From Alloascoidea hylecoeti (Eukaryota), in NCBI GenBank assembly GCA_001600815.1, contig BCKZ01000013.1, forward strand, positions 62,001 through 126,000: DNA of 64,000 nt, read 5' to 3'. Positions 1 to 12,226 of the stretch are shown here, in pieces. Made by a program: the position numbers and the translations under genes. The notes under the pieces were generated by a model. It worked only from the letters and a program-made list of their open reading frames with translations, had not been told where the DNA came from and made no database searches. The number at the start of each line of letters is the position of its first letter. Within the stretch, counting starts at the first letter, position 1.

Positions 1-1
1 T

Positions 2-961
2 TATTCAACGCTTGCGGCTGAGATAATCGAAAAGCTCAACTCTTCCCACAAATACAGAATCCTAGTCTTTATCGCTGGAACTCCCGGTTCTGGCAAGTCT
101 ACCGTCGCCCAACACGTAAAGGATAAGATAAACCTCCTTTATAATTCAAACAAGTCAAAATCACCTTTGGTCAATTCATCTTCTTCAAAATCATCCCTTA
201 ACTCCACAAATGTCGCCGTCTATCCCGGTTCTCATGGTTCAATGGAAACGTCAATTAAGGTAATATCTTCTCCTGTTGATATCCCTTCCAAGTCCGCCGA
301 TGACTCTTCCTTTGTTCAAACCCTCTCAATGGACGGCTTCCATTATCCTCGTTATATCTTAGATAAACTCCCAAACCCACAAGAAATGCATAAACGAAGA
401 GGTGCTCCATTCACTTTTGACGATGAACAAGTTGTCAAAATGTCGAATATCCTAAGTCGAACATGTATTGATGCACCATCATCATTAAATTTATTTCAAA
501 CATTACCATCATCAAAAACAAGAATTCCAACCATTTTATTACCATCATTTGATCATTCTAAAAAAGATCCAAAAGTTGATGATATTGAAATTTTACCAAC
601 AACAAGAATTATTATAATTGAAGGTCTTTATATGTTATTAAATACAAATCCATGGAGAGATATTTATTTATTAAATTATTCATCATGTCCAAAACATTCA
701 ATCCAATTAAATTCAAATATTACAAGTCATGTTAAATCTTCTTCAATTTCTTATAAATCAGATCATGCTATTTCAATTTATATTAATGTTTCTGAAGATA
801 TTAGTAGAAATAGAGTTGCTAAAAGACATATTAAATCTGGTATATGTAATTCTTTAAAAGATGCAATTGGAAGATTTGATTCAAATGATGCTATAAATGG
901 AAGATTTGTTGACACTCATAGTTTTGTGGCTGATATTGTTGTTTCTTCCATTAATGAATAA
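2..961 (+). CDS. YFH7: P-loop kinase of the uridine/pantothenate/phosphoribulokinase fold (Yfh7-like), 5' end outside window
   Basis: Frame is open from base 2 (YSTLAAEIIEKL...RILVFIAGTPGSGKST, Walker A) into ORF 167..961, which has SMDGFH, RRGAPFTFD, FDHxxKDP and IIIEGLY motifs. Confidence 0.8.
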   Translation, partial: YSTLAAEIIEKLNSSHKYRILVFIAGTPGSGKSTVAQHVKDKINLLYNSNKSKSPLVNSSSSKSSLNSTNVAVYPGSHGSMETSIKVISSPVDIPSKSADDSSFVQTLSMDGFHYPRYILDKLPNPQEMHKRRGAPFTFDDEQVVKMSNILSRTCIDAPSSLNLFQTLPSSKTRIPTILLPSFDHSKKDPKVDDIEILPTTRIIIIEGLYMLLNTNPWRDIYLLNYSSCPKHSIQLNSNITSHVKSSSISYKSDHAISIYINVSEDISRNRVAKRHIKSGICNSLKDAIGRFDSNDAINGRFVDTHSFVADIVVSSINE

Positions 962-1000
962 AAATAAATAATTTTTGTTTGTGGTTTGTTTATTTTGTTT

Positions 1001-1051
1001 TTGTTTTCTTTGTTTTCTTTGTTTTCTTTGTTTTCTTTGTTTGTTTGTTTG
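1001..1051. repeat. (TTGTTTTCT)n/(TTTG)n microsatellite in the 3' region of YFH7
   Basis: Four 9-mer units followed by TTTG units. Confidence 0.85.
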
Positions 1052-2135
1052 CATACCAGACCTCTTAAAACTTATAAGGTACTGGATCTCCTTATATTAT
1101 GTTTATACATTACCCAATGGTCTCTCTTGTCTATACTTATCAAATTGTTGATTAATACTTGTTACTATGTCTTGTCTATATTACTTCATTACACATTCTA
1201 TTTTTAATACTTGTTACTATTATTCTTGTCTATATAACTTCATTTACATTATTTCTAATCATGTCTATCTCATGTCTATATATTCAATTGTTCATTATTT
1301 ATTCATTATGGGGATTCTTTTTCTTTTTTTTGTCTTTCCCCTCCCTTTTTATTTATTGTCCTGTATATATGTATCCTATATATTTATCTATTTATCTTAT
1401 ATGTAACCTCTTGTACTTACTCTCATCATTACTCTTCTTGTTATTACTTAATTTTGTAACTAAATAAATATATATATATATTCAAAAACTAGTTTTGTTC
1501 ATATCTTTTCATTGATTAATAGTATCGGTAATAATTTTTAAGATTATACTTTAAATTTCCTTTGCAATTGATTAATTAATTGTTATCTTTTTAAAATTAT
1601 ACTTTTATTTGAATATAGTTAATTATTATTGCAATTATCTATTGTTTTTTTGTTTCCTATTTCTTATTTCTTATTTCATCGCTAATCTAATAAATCTATA
1701 ATGAATAAGCTCAATTATATGTTTCATTTAATTGTTCTTTCTTACATTTTAATCTTTTTATTTTGAATTCATGGAGTTAAAGTTCCCGTTGACGGCGTTG
1801 ACCAAAAAGAGTCGCACAACCTCTAGTTATAACTGCCAAGAGCACCATATGATGCCCATATCTAACATACCTATATTAATTAATAATAATTATAATTACA
1901 TTGGTATCTTCTTTGATAAATTTTGTATCAGCACTGATTCAGTAGTGAGTGTGCCACAAGTGAGTTAAGATAATCATCTCAAATTTTCATTCCCGGTCAT
2001 GGAAAAACATAACCCCATATTAGAGTTTGAACATTAGGTCATACCGATAAAAAAATTCCAAATTTAACAGACAACTATTTTACACGTTAACGCTCCGTTA
2101 GCAAAAAAAAGAAATGCAAGCTGCACGCATAGTAA

Positions 2136-2865
2136 ATGGATACGAGCAGAATTCGAACTGAATTAATCGACCTGTTTCCAAAGACATCACCCGATGGTAA
2201 TTTTTCAAAGGTGATGAAGTTGTTCCAAACTAGATTAAAAATATTAATCAAGATTCAAGAGAATCTCAAAAAGTGTCGAACCCAGGCATTGACCTCCAAA
2301 AAGATACTTGTAAGTTTCCAAAAAAAGAACAGGTATATCATCGTACCATTAATATTAAATCCAGAAGAAGTCTTGAAGAAAGTGTTACGATAGAAAGCCA
2401 TTACTAAATTTCAACCAATTGAAAAAATCGTCTATTGCATACGGAGGATTCACTAAAGAAGTTGATGAACTAAATATGAAGTGGTTGGCAGATGTTGCAG
2501 AAGAATGTTCGATGAGAAGGCTGCTCATCTGTTGCATATGTTCGGCGCTACTTCATACGAAAGGTTATAGATATGCCGGAGTCACCACCCAAACCACACA
2601 ATCTAAGGAAAAGTTGAATACCCCATTTTTTACAGTTAATTCGGCTGCGGTTGGGTTCGCTAAGATTGTTTGTGTAGCAATGTGCATCTATTTTCAACAT
2701 TGATGGATCCATGGAAATGGTGAATAATATAATGTGGAGAACATGCCTCCATATGTACGACGTATTCCATTTGTTGAGCCACCAAAAATATCTAAAATCT
2801 ATCAAAAAAAAACAAAGCCAGATTATCTTGCGTCACCAAATATCAGTGCAAGGCCTACAGGATAG
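2136..2865 (+). pseudogene. Possible decayed ORF of unknown origin
   Basis: Consecutive same-strand ORF pieces (2136-2393, 2419-2703, then a continuation past two stops to 2865) in sequence less AT-rich than the flanks; no recognisable motif. Confidence 0.25.
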
Positions 2866-4909
2866 TAGCACAGGCTATAAATAAATTTGCTAAACTTTTG
2901 AAAAAATGTTTTAGTTTTTGTGCTTCATCTTATATGTACTCACGGATCACGGTTGATAACGTTGAGACTCGCGGCGGTTAACAACTTGCGTAATACGTAC
3001 CCTATAGATCCATATAAAAACCGTATAATACAATGAACACTAAATAAAAATACAGGATATCAACGTTGACAAAAATAGCATAATATCCGTTTATGTACAA
3101 TTCGTTATAACAATCCAAAACAAATGAAACAAACAGACTTATAATTGATGGAAAAAATAGAATAACCTCATCATCTACTTTATACTATAATGGAAATAAT
3201 TATCATCTGATTATGCCCATTATAAGAAATTACAATAATTATACGTGGGAATTTATAGACCGAGTAAGTTCAATTACAAGTCAACGGCCTATGTCATTAC
3301 GTTTATAATAGGTAAATTATATAACATGACTTATGATCATGTTTGAATTTTTATTATTTATTTATAATTATACTCAACAGAACCACCTATAATATTAATA
3401 TTAATATTAACTTAATTAATATAAAAGTTGTAAGGTTATAAATTGTTGGATATCATATGATATTGATTATTTATACCATTTTTGTATTCTTAATATTTCT
3501 CATGCTTGAAGTGATGTATTCTAATTATAATTAGTATAAGTCATATTTACTGGTTTGAGTCCATTTAACACCCATAAAAGTGAGCAGTTAACAAGTGGCC
3601 GTGCAATTAATTGGCCTAACTGGTTTTAATCTGGTCTTTAACGATGTAGATTGCAAGAATCACAATTGGTATAAAAGAATTTTTGATTAATTTTCAATAT
3701 CATAGAATTTGATAGAACCACACAACAAGAATCCAATTCTAATTTGAAAATGTATTACTTTTTGTCTCAATAGATCGATTGATGCGTTGCATAATCTTTT
3801 AAATTAGAACTAAAAGGTCATTAGAAGTTTAGAATATAACCTTGAGATTATCTATAGCTGTAATAATAATTGCACCAAATGTTAAGAGAAGTGGCAAGCC
3901 ATACGGGTCTATTGTATTTGGACGGCAAGTTTTGGGCATACAACCGATGTCAAGTTCTCAACTTAAATGCATACATTATTTCGGTTAGCTACAATCCGTA
4001 TATAACAAATACATAATGTACATATATACTTTTAATGCTTGCAATCCCGAGCAATTACAATTACGAGTCTTACGGCCAAAACTATTATTAATTGAAGATT
4101 GGCTTCAAGCCTTCAAGGTGGAAGATCTAACAATACTAGCAATTATTTATAGCTGGTTTATGTTGAACGAGAATTAGAAATTCATTTCCCCACATCTTAC
4201 TAGCTATAACGATAACTACAACCCATAGTGGGTCCCATACCCACTTGAATTCCATGTTAACCTGAAGTGAAAAACCACCACAACATATATATCAATTCGG
4301 TAACTTTAACGTCTTGTCACCTTACAAACAATTTCAATTAGACTTGGCAAAAATGATATGCATGTAGATCTAAATATTATTATGCATATAATGTGCTTTT
4401 CTTTTATTATATTCGCCATTGAAGCCATACATACTATACTGATAATCACATATATGACTAATAATCATTAGTTATAGGCAAAGATGATATACATGTACCT
4501 TACTACCTTGCTAGTGTTACCACTTAATGCCTAATAATATTAATCGTTGGCCCGTTGGAAGCAGATTTCATTACCCGGACTTTAGGAGAAAAGCAATTAT
4601 ATGCACCCCAAACACCCTTACTCGAGCTAGATACATCGTAATCGCGATCGCGATCGCGATCTGGATCAAGCTATAATTCACTTCAACTTATAGCTAATAG
4701 ACTACGAAGTTGCCTATTTAAGAACTCCTCGCTGTTGAATATATAAGTCTTTGATCTACAGAACGGAATATCCATGTATTATGTGATTCAATAGTTTTGT
4801 TAAAAAGTAGTTTGCTTGTAATTGTGAGTAATTTTCATTTATTGTATGAAGTTACAATTAGATCCAGATATTAATACTGTACTTACAAGCTTAATTATAT
4901 TTACTATAG

Positions 4910-5560
4910 CTGAGGCTCAATAATACCACAGTCACATTAATGATACTACAGTTACATTAACAATATCAACCAAATGCAGAACATCGAGAATTAGAATTAT
5001 ATAAAATATAATTTGAGTTCTATACCATCCTATCAATATACCACTTCATCAATTGTTATCATCTTTGTTTGTTTGACCTGAAACTCTAAGGGAAATGAAA
5101 GGAAATGATATATAATTATAAAATTTAATGAATATGTTACGTTAATTACTAATAAATTATATATAAATTTATAGAGTAAAACAACCCAGACGAAGCAACA
5201 AAGTTCAAGTCTGTCGAAGCTGGCTTGTTTTTAGTACAATGATTTCTTTGGCTACATATACATGTGAATTTTATAGGTAACTCAGTAGCTGATTCGATAT
5301 TGTTTACCTTTTCAAATAACAACAGAATAGTCCAGTTCGCTCATTACTACGCTTTATAATTATAGACTTCTACCGCCAATTGACTCAGAGAAGAAGTCCA
5401 GCTATATAAGCGTTCCTACAGTAGACATGCCATGTCAATTGCAAACATCTAGAGGTTCTCTATTTTAGCTATCCATTTTTGATAGATTCTACTACATAAT
5501 CAAGTTTCAAAATACTAAGAAACGTTAGCTTTTGTGAATATATTCATCGATATTAGTGCT
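4910..5560 (-). repeat. 3' flank of the F-box paralog; diverged inverted homolog of ~42630-43350
   Basis: Reverse complement gcactaatatcgatgaatatattcacaaaagctaacgtttcttag matches gcactgatatcgatgaatatatccacaaaagttaacgtttcttat at 42631; further colinear blocks (gcttcgac..agacttgaa, tttcctttcattt, taggatggt, ttaatgtaactgt). Confidence 0.8.
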
Positions 5561-5933
5561 CTCGACATATGCACATGCGTATTTATTCGAGCCGCTGTTG
5601 TCTCTTATGCGTTAAGAATGTTTAGCTCCTCAAAACAAATCTCTTTATGATGATGATCAAGAACTACACAACTTGTGAAGACTTATGGGAATTTTTCCAT
5701 AGAAACAGGCATTATCTATCCGTATCATTTAGTAATTATTACACGCCATAGTACTAGGATGAGTTGAGACACTTGGATACCACAACATTGCTCTGTTGCA
5801 AGTTGTAACCAGGAAACCAGGAACCAGAAAAGCAGCAACAAAAATACATTATTATAAATACATATCACTAAAATCTACTTAATCTAATTATTCTGATAAT
5901 AGCTGTGATCTCCATTAAATTCTGTAAATAAAT

Positions 5934-7718
5934 TTACCTCTTACTTGCTTTTTTACTTCTTCCACTTATACTCAATCGTTTAATATCATCGATAATACCC
6001 TCTTGGAACCTTTTTTTAGAGTTACCACTAAAACCTTTTGTTCCTTGTCTTATGTTTTTCTTTTTCTTTAAAATTGTATCTTCATTAAATGAAAAATATT
6101 GAACAACATTTCTTACAATAAGAATTCCATTTGCCTTGGATGGATCTTCATTCAGGATGATATTCTTTACAGGATAGCTAGACAACACTTGTTCATCCTC
6201 CGTGAAGTGAAACATCTTCCGGGAAGTTAGAACTTTATTAACACGCAATTTAGCACCAGTAAGAATATTATAAACAACATTCATTCCATTAAAAGAACCA
6301 ACAATGACAACAAGTGAATTATTATCAACACTGCAAATTGGAGCAAAACCATCTTTAACAATGAAGGGGTTTCTAATTGATCGAAATAATTTCAATTTAT
6401 CATTTTCTGATTTTTGTCTCATATTCCAAACAATAATTCGTCCTGTTACAAGAATAATGGTTGAAAAACAAGCATCATCACCAGGGAACTTCTCATCTTT
6501 TGAGTAGAAATTTCTTTTGTCATAAGAAACAGAAGAAATGAATGAATTTCCAATATTAGGGATATCCAAAGTTTGACATCTCCATTTTTGATTCTCAGTG
6601 TTAGTACCAAAGGAATAACGATAAACTCGATTATGGTGAATTATAATGCAATATCCATATTCAAAATCAGTAAACATAAATAACTTATAATGGTAGTCCC
6701 ATCTATTTAAGTTCTTGTCAATAACCATTTGAAATAATTTATTCTCCGGTGACTTGTAGTATATACTTCCATTGACATCTCTAACAACGAAAGTACCTTT
6801 AAAATCTGTAGTAATATGAGTAATTGATTTATTATCTCCAATTGAAAATTCCTCAATTCTCTTCTTAATTCTTAAATTCCAGCCATATATTCTACCATCC
6901 GCGCTAGCAGTATATAATGAAGCTCTCTTTTCATCGCTGTGAACTTGTCGCTTGTTTAGAATGAGAGTAGTAATAGGAGAGTCATGGGGAGGAAACAAAG
7001 GGCCACGACTCCAAGTATCACTTCCAGGAGTCAATAAAGCGGTTTTAATGGAACCATCGGAGAGTCCTGTAATAACTGCATAATTTGAACAATCCATTGT
7101 GGTTAACGTTGGACTATTAAAAACATTTTCAACATAATTATTATATAACGTTAAAGACTTTTTCATATCTCTTAATCCGGAAATATGAACTTCACAATAG
7201 TAAGAATCAAAACTGACAATTTTTTCTGATTTAAAATCCACATTCAGGGAATAATGATCACTATAACCACGTTCAAATGATGTTATAAAAGCTTTTTTTT
7301 TCCAATTTTTTAAATATTTTTCACGCATAAGAAACTCTGTTCTCCATTTATAACTATTAGTAACACTACCATATTGTAATGTTTTGAATGTTTCTTGGAA
7401 AGCCTTTATCCACAATTCTTCACCTTCCAACATTTTCATCCATTGATGGCATACACGAGGAATTTCATCAAGAGACTTATAGTCAAGTTGAAAAAATATT
7501 CTCATTAAAAGTTCATCAGGAACACCATTGATAGTAGTATCATCATTATCATTTTGAACATCAAAACCCACGATAGTATTATTTATCTCCTGTGGTCCTA
7601 ATTCTTTGAAAGATTCCCCATTTTGAGTTTGATTTTTATTTGCGCCGATAACTGTTTGATCCTGAGCGTCAGAAGTACTGTTACTCGTTATAATATTTTT
7701 TGTGGGGTAAAAGCTCAT
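5934..7718 (-). CDS. F-box/WD40-like protein, Ufo1/Pof10-like paralog lacking the C-terminal UIM region
   Basis: F-box (INGVPDELLMRIFFQLDYKSLDEIPRVCHQW) plus a beta-propeller-like region, colinear with 43675..45924; first ATG at 7718. Confidence 0.85.
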   Translation of the reverse strand: MSFYPTKNIITSNSTSDAQDQTVIGANKNQTQNGESFKELGPQEINNTIVGFDVQNDNDDTTINGVPDELLMRIFFQLDYKSLDEIPRVCHQWMKMLEGEELWIKAFQETFKTLQYGSVTNSYKWRTEFLMREKYLKNWKKKAFITSFERGYSDHYSLNVDFKSEKIVSFDSYYCEVHISGLRDMKKSLTLYNNYVENVFNSPTLTTMDCSNYAVITGLSDGSIKTALLTPGSDTWSRGPLFPPHDSPITTLILNKRQVHSDEKRASLYTASADGRIYGWNLRIKKRIEEFSIGDNKSITHITTDFKGTFVVRDVNGSIYYKSPENKLFQMVIDKNLNRWDYHYKLFMFTDFEYGYCIIIHHNRVYRYSFGTNTENQKWRCQTLDIPNIGNSFISSVSYDKRNFYSKDEKFPGDDACFSTIILVTGRIIVWNMRQKSENDKLKLFRSIRNPFIVKDGFAPICSVDNNSLVVIVGSFNGMNVVYNILTGAKLRVNKVLTSRKMFHFTEDEQVLSSYPVKNIILNEDPSKANGILIVRNVVQYFSFNEDTILKKKKNIRQGTKGFSGNSKKRFQEGIIDDIKRLSISGRSKKASKR

Positions 7719-7949
7719 CAAGTCCTTAATATTAATAAATTTAAAAGATATAAACGAAAGGTTTGAAAACTCAGATAGAAACAGATGTCTAGTTTAAAAA
7801 AAAATAAAGAAATTATAAACTTATATACGAGTATAAATGAACAGCAGTCTGTCAATAAATTCTTTGATGAAGTATAAGAAAAGAAAAGAATAAAAATAAA
7901 AAATAATATGATAATAATAAATAAGGATTAAGCAATAGGAAAATTTTGT

Positions 7950-7957
7950 CCGGGTAA
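7950..7957. promoter_or_regulatory. Reb1-type site CCGGGTAA (also 4571, 24648, 43447, 54349, 59104)
   Basis: Exact yeast Reb1 consensus about 90-430 bp upstream of both F-box paralogs, ORF 25074, SER2 and RRN7; the 4571 site has no adjacent gene. Confidence 0.6.
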
Positions 7958-10900
7958 TACCCCAATTAAGAAAAAAATATAATGCATGTCACTTAAACGG
8001 GTAACTTTTAGAAAAAAACAAAAAGCGTTAAACACTTTTGCATAAAATGTGTTCACACCATTAAAACTACTTCATTTATATTAAAGACTAAAAAAGGTAG
8101 ACAAAAGGTAAAAGTAAATCCTATTGCTTTAAATTGATTTTTACACTTCTTTGACAAATTATTTGTCCCTATTAATATTTGACTATGTAGAAGTGGTTTC
8201 TGTACTATTCCTGATGCACGATTACTAGGTAGTATGTTTTTTCCTATAGGCTTTTGCGTAAATTTTATTACTAGTATTATTCAGTATTAGTAAAATCGAC
8301 TTCAAATATGAATCATGACAGTACCACTCCATTTTTCATTATGTGCTGGATTCACTCTTGCAACTTTATTGATTTTGGATACTTATTTCCCATTCAATTA
8401 TTCTTTACTTATTCTTCGGATTAATCTTAATATCTTGGGTACCACAGTTTTTTCAGAACCTGACTTACCTGTTTAGCATATTTAAGAGTAATTTGGCTAC
8501 ATGATGTGATAATAATCGACCAGTCATCGGATATAATCTCGGTCATCTTTATAAGTATAGGTCCAACCAAACATGATCAACAGCGGTGTTTCAAAAAACT
8601 TGAAAGGTGTTATAAGAGAACTATAGCCCAAAGGCGTTAATTTAGGCGACATGGTTTACTAAATATTCGGCCTTTTAATAGAGTCTCTATATACTATTTT
8701 CCCTATTATTGGGGGTCACCCTGCCTTGGTTTATTGAGATGTTAGGATGTTAGAAATTTTAAATTTGATAATGATTTCGTTCGATTTGAAAATTTGAATG
8801 GATCCTCAAGTTCTCCATTGTGATTACAACTCCTCTCTCTAATTTTACGTCTTCATCTGTAAGTCAATGAATTACCCCGTTTTTTATCGGGGTAAAGCAG
8901 TCATATTGTTTCACTCAATAGGTACGTCAGCTTAAGCCTATACTTGCAATGACGTAGCGCTTAAAGCATTAAGCTTACGTAATTGAAATCCTGAAAAGTA
9001 ATATTGCTTGCATCTTTCTTATCTAAGGAGCAAAGGTTCTTTAAACAATTTAATAGCAATATAAAATAAGTCAATTGTAAGTTTTTTGAAGAAAAGTATA
9101 TCAACGTCAACGATAAGAAACGATTTGAAGAACTAAAATTAAGGGATTATATACCTATTTTATATTAAGGGTATTAGTCAATCACTCCAGATTGAACATC
9201 ATATTATGAATCTAGTAATATATAGCTAAGAGTACTAGTTCTAGCTTGATTTGTTTTGATTGAATGAAATAGAGGCTTAAATAGGTTAAAGATCAATTGC
9301 TACATGTTATTTATAACTATAAGAAATAATGATTAAGAAGATGAAAAAAGATGTTCAAATTTAATAATTTGGCGTATTTGAATAATTATGACGTATCTCT
9401 TCAGAGTCCTAGAAAATTTCAATAATATTATACTAAATTAGTTATAAAAATTTGAACAGCTTTTTTTTTAGGGGATAATTATCAAATCTTAAGCTAATAA
9501 TCTATGGGCAGCTGATTACCGTTTAAAATCCAGAAGGGGAGCCACAAGTGCCACACTAACATATGCATCAGGAATTACACTTTTTAATGTTATTCAACTT
9601 CAATTGTAAATGGATTGATGATCAGTTTTAACATCCTGGACAGAATATCTTTTAAAGGGACGATTTAGAGCCATGTTGGAATCGTTAATTGTGGCATTTG
9701 TTGATCGTAAGATTCGTAACTGAATATATCTAAATATTAACCGTTATTATTAATATTCTAAGTGTTTGTGATTTTCATTGGATTTTTCAAAGTTATTAAC
9801 TAACACACCACTTTTCAATCGTTTCACAACTTTCACTCATGATTAAATCCTTGCATGGATCCTGATTATGCTTAAAACAAGATGGCCATTGGCCATGGAA
9901 CCATTCTAGCAAGGTTTAGTATATCATATAGGCCTATATCAATGTAATTTATGAAAGTATAGACTAGTAACAACTGGTTTCTGCTTGATAATGATATTAT
10001 TTATTTTTCACATAACTAGAAATATAGTAACACTACACATTTAACTGAGTGTAACTTTGGGAGAATTTTCGTTAATTCAACATGCTAGAGTTTTTCCAAT
10101 TAGCACGCTAAAAACCAACCAACTTCAAAAAACTACTATTTTCTTCCTTAAGCCGTTGACTTCCCATTGTGTGATACTACATCACGATATAAAAGTCAAA
10201 AACACTACTGCACCTATAATGTCGTGGTCCCTATAATAAGAACTTATAAAAATTAAAAATCGACCATAACTGTTAATCATTATTTATTAATGTGGTGTTA
10301 TTAACAACTAAACTATAAATCTATTTGTATAAAATTTTAGTTAGATCAATTTTTCATTTGCTCAAAACGTTGTCTATAATTTCGATTTTCAATTTGCCTA
10401 TTTAAATGTTTATAGTTTATCTGAATTTTTTTTAAATCTTAACGTGATCATACATTATGTATTTCTTTGTTATGTTATAAAGTTTAATAGCCTATTTGCA
10501 AAATTTCTAAGGTTTATGTGATTCACTATGTACTTATTTTCTTAACTATATAACTTTAAAAATGACATAATTATTGGTAAATCATTTAGAAAAGTTAATA
10601 ATAATTATCTTCATAAACAAAACAATTATAGATAACCCAAACTACATCAAATAACCCCTTACATCAAAGAAGCCTTTCCATTAACTAATTAAATAAAAGA
10701 GTATAATTATAATATGCTTGAAGAAAAACACAAAGAACCATAATTTTAATAGATGAATAAAAAAGAGACCTTCCAACAAACACTAAACGCCAAAACCACC
10801 TAATCAAATATTATTTTTTAAAAATTTAAATAGAAAAGTAATCTTTTATATTCGCTTAGTAATCCCTACAGCATGTGATGTATAATAAAACTTAAAATAT

Positions 10901-12045
10901 TTTAAGGAATTAAGTTTTAACGTTTAATAAACGTTATCTAGCTAAATCGTAATGGATCTAAAATTTACAACGTAACCCAGGTCAAACAAAAAAATGAAAG
11001 ATAAAATTCAAATTCAATTGAAAATAGATTCGAAGATCAAACATTGTTAATCATTAACAATTAAATATTTATATTATATTATTATCTACATTCCTATCAA
11101 CATTTAAAAGATCCCATTAATAGCCATATATCGGATTTTATATATCTTATAAATAGCTAGTTAGTTATAATTATAATTATGGAATTAATAACTCATGGTA
11201 TTTAATTACTCATATCTACAATTTAACTAAATTCAAAAAACATGGAAATGAATTTTCATTAAAATTAAAATTACAATTAAAATTACAATTAAAATTATAA
11301 AAATAAAGATAAAAATAAAAAAAACAAAGTTAATATTCTTATTTGTTTATACTTTTTATATACTTATGAAGAATAATAATGCATCATTAAAATGCGAAAT
11401 AAAAACAAACAAAAAACAAAAAAAGCATTATAGATTTAATTTCCAAATTAATAAATTTTAAAATGAAATGAATTTCAAAATATTTAAAAAGGGGAAGGTA
11501 TAAAAATAACCAAGTAAAACAATTGTACATTAATATAATATGTAATTCGAATATTAATTCGAATTATCATAATTAATAAATTAAAAATAAAAGATTGAAA
11601 GATTGAAAGATTAAAAGATTGAAAATGTGAAAGTAAAATTAGAGAAAATTGTATACAATTTTTTAAATTTTTTTTTAAATTTTTTTTTAGAAATAAATAA
11701 CCAAAATTGAATTAGATATATTAAAAAAAATAAAAATAAAATGAAAAAGAAAACTAAATGCCAGCATTAAATCCATGATAAAATAAACAAAAGATAAAAC
11801 ACAATTTAATATATAAAAAAAAAAAAACTAACTAATACTAGATTTTTTAAAAAAAAAATGATTACAGATCTAAAAGAAAATTAAGAATAATGAATAATGA
11901 ATAATGAATGATTAAAAAAACAAACAAAAAGACATAAAGTGAAAAAATAAAGATAAGGAGATGATTTGATGACTGAATTGTGTATAGTCTCATAAAGGAC
12001 ATAAAGGGATAAAACATTAACATTAAAAAAATTGCTTTTTTAAAT

Positions 12046-12186
12046 TTAACAAACTTTTAGATTTGATTTAAAATTATTATCAAAACTAAAACTTTCATCA
12101 AAATCAATTAATCCAATAACACTTGAACATCCTGTACCAGTATAATAAAAACCACCAGAAGGTAAAACATTTGAATTAATCGAATC

Positions 12187-12226
<40 letters not shown>

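Noticed and set aside
986..1467. Hydrophobic short ORFs
   Set aside because: By-products of T-rich 3' flank and microsatellite
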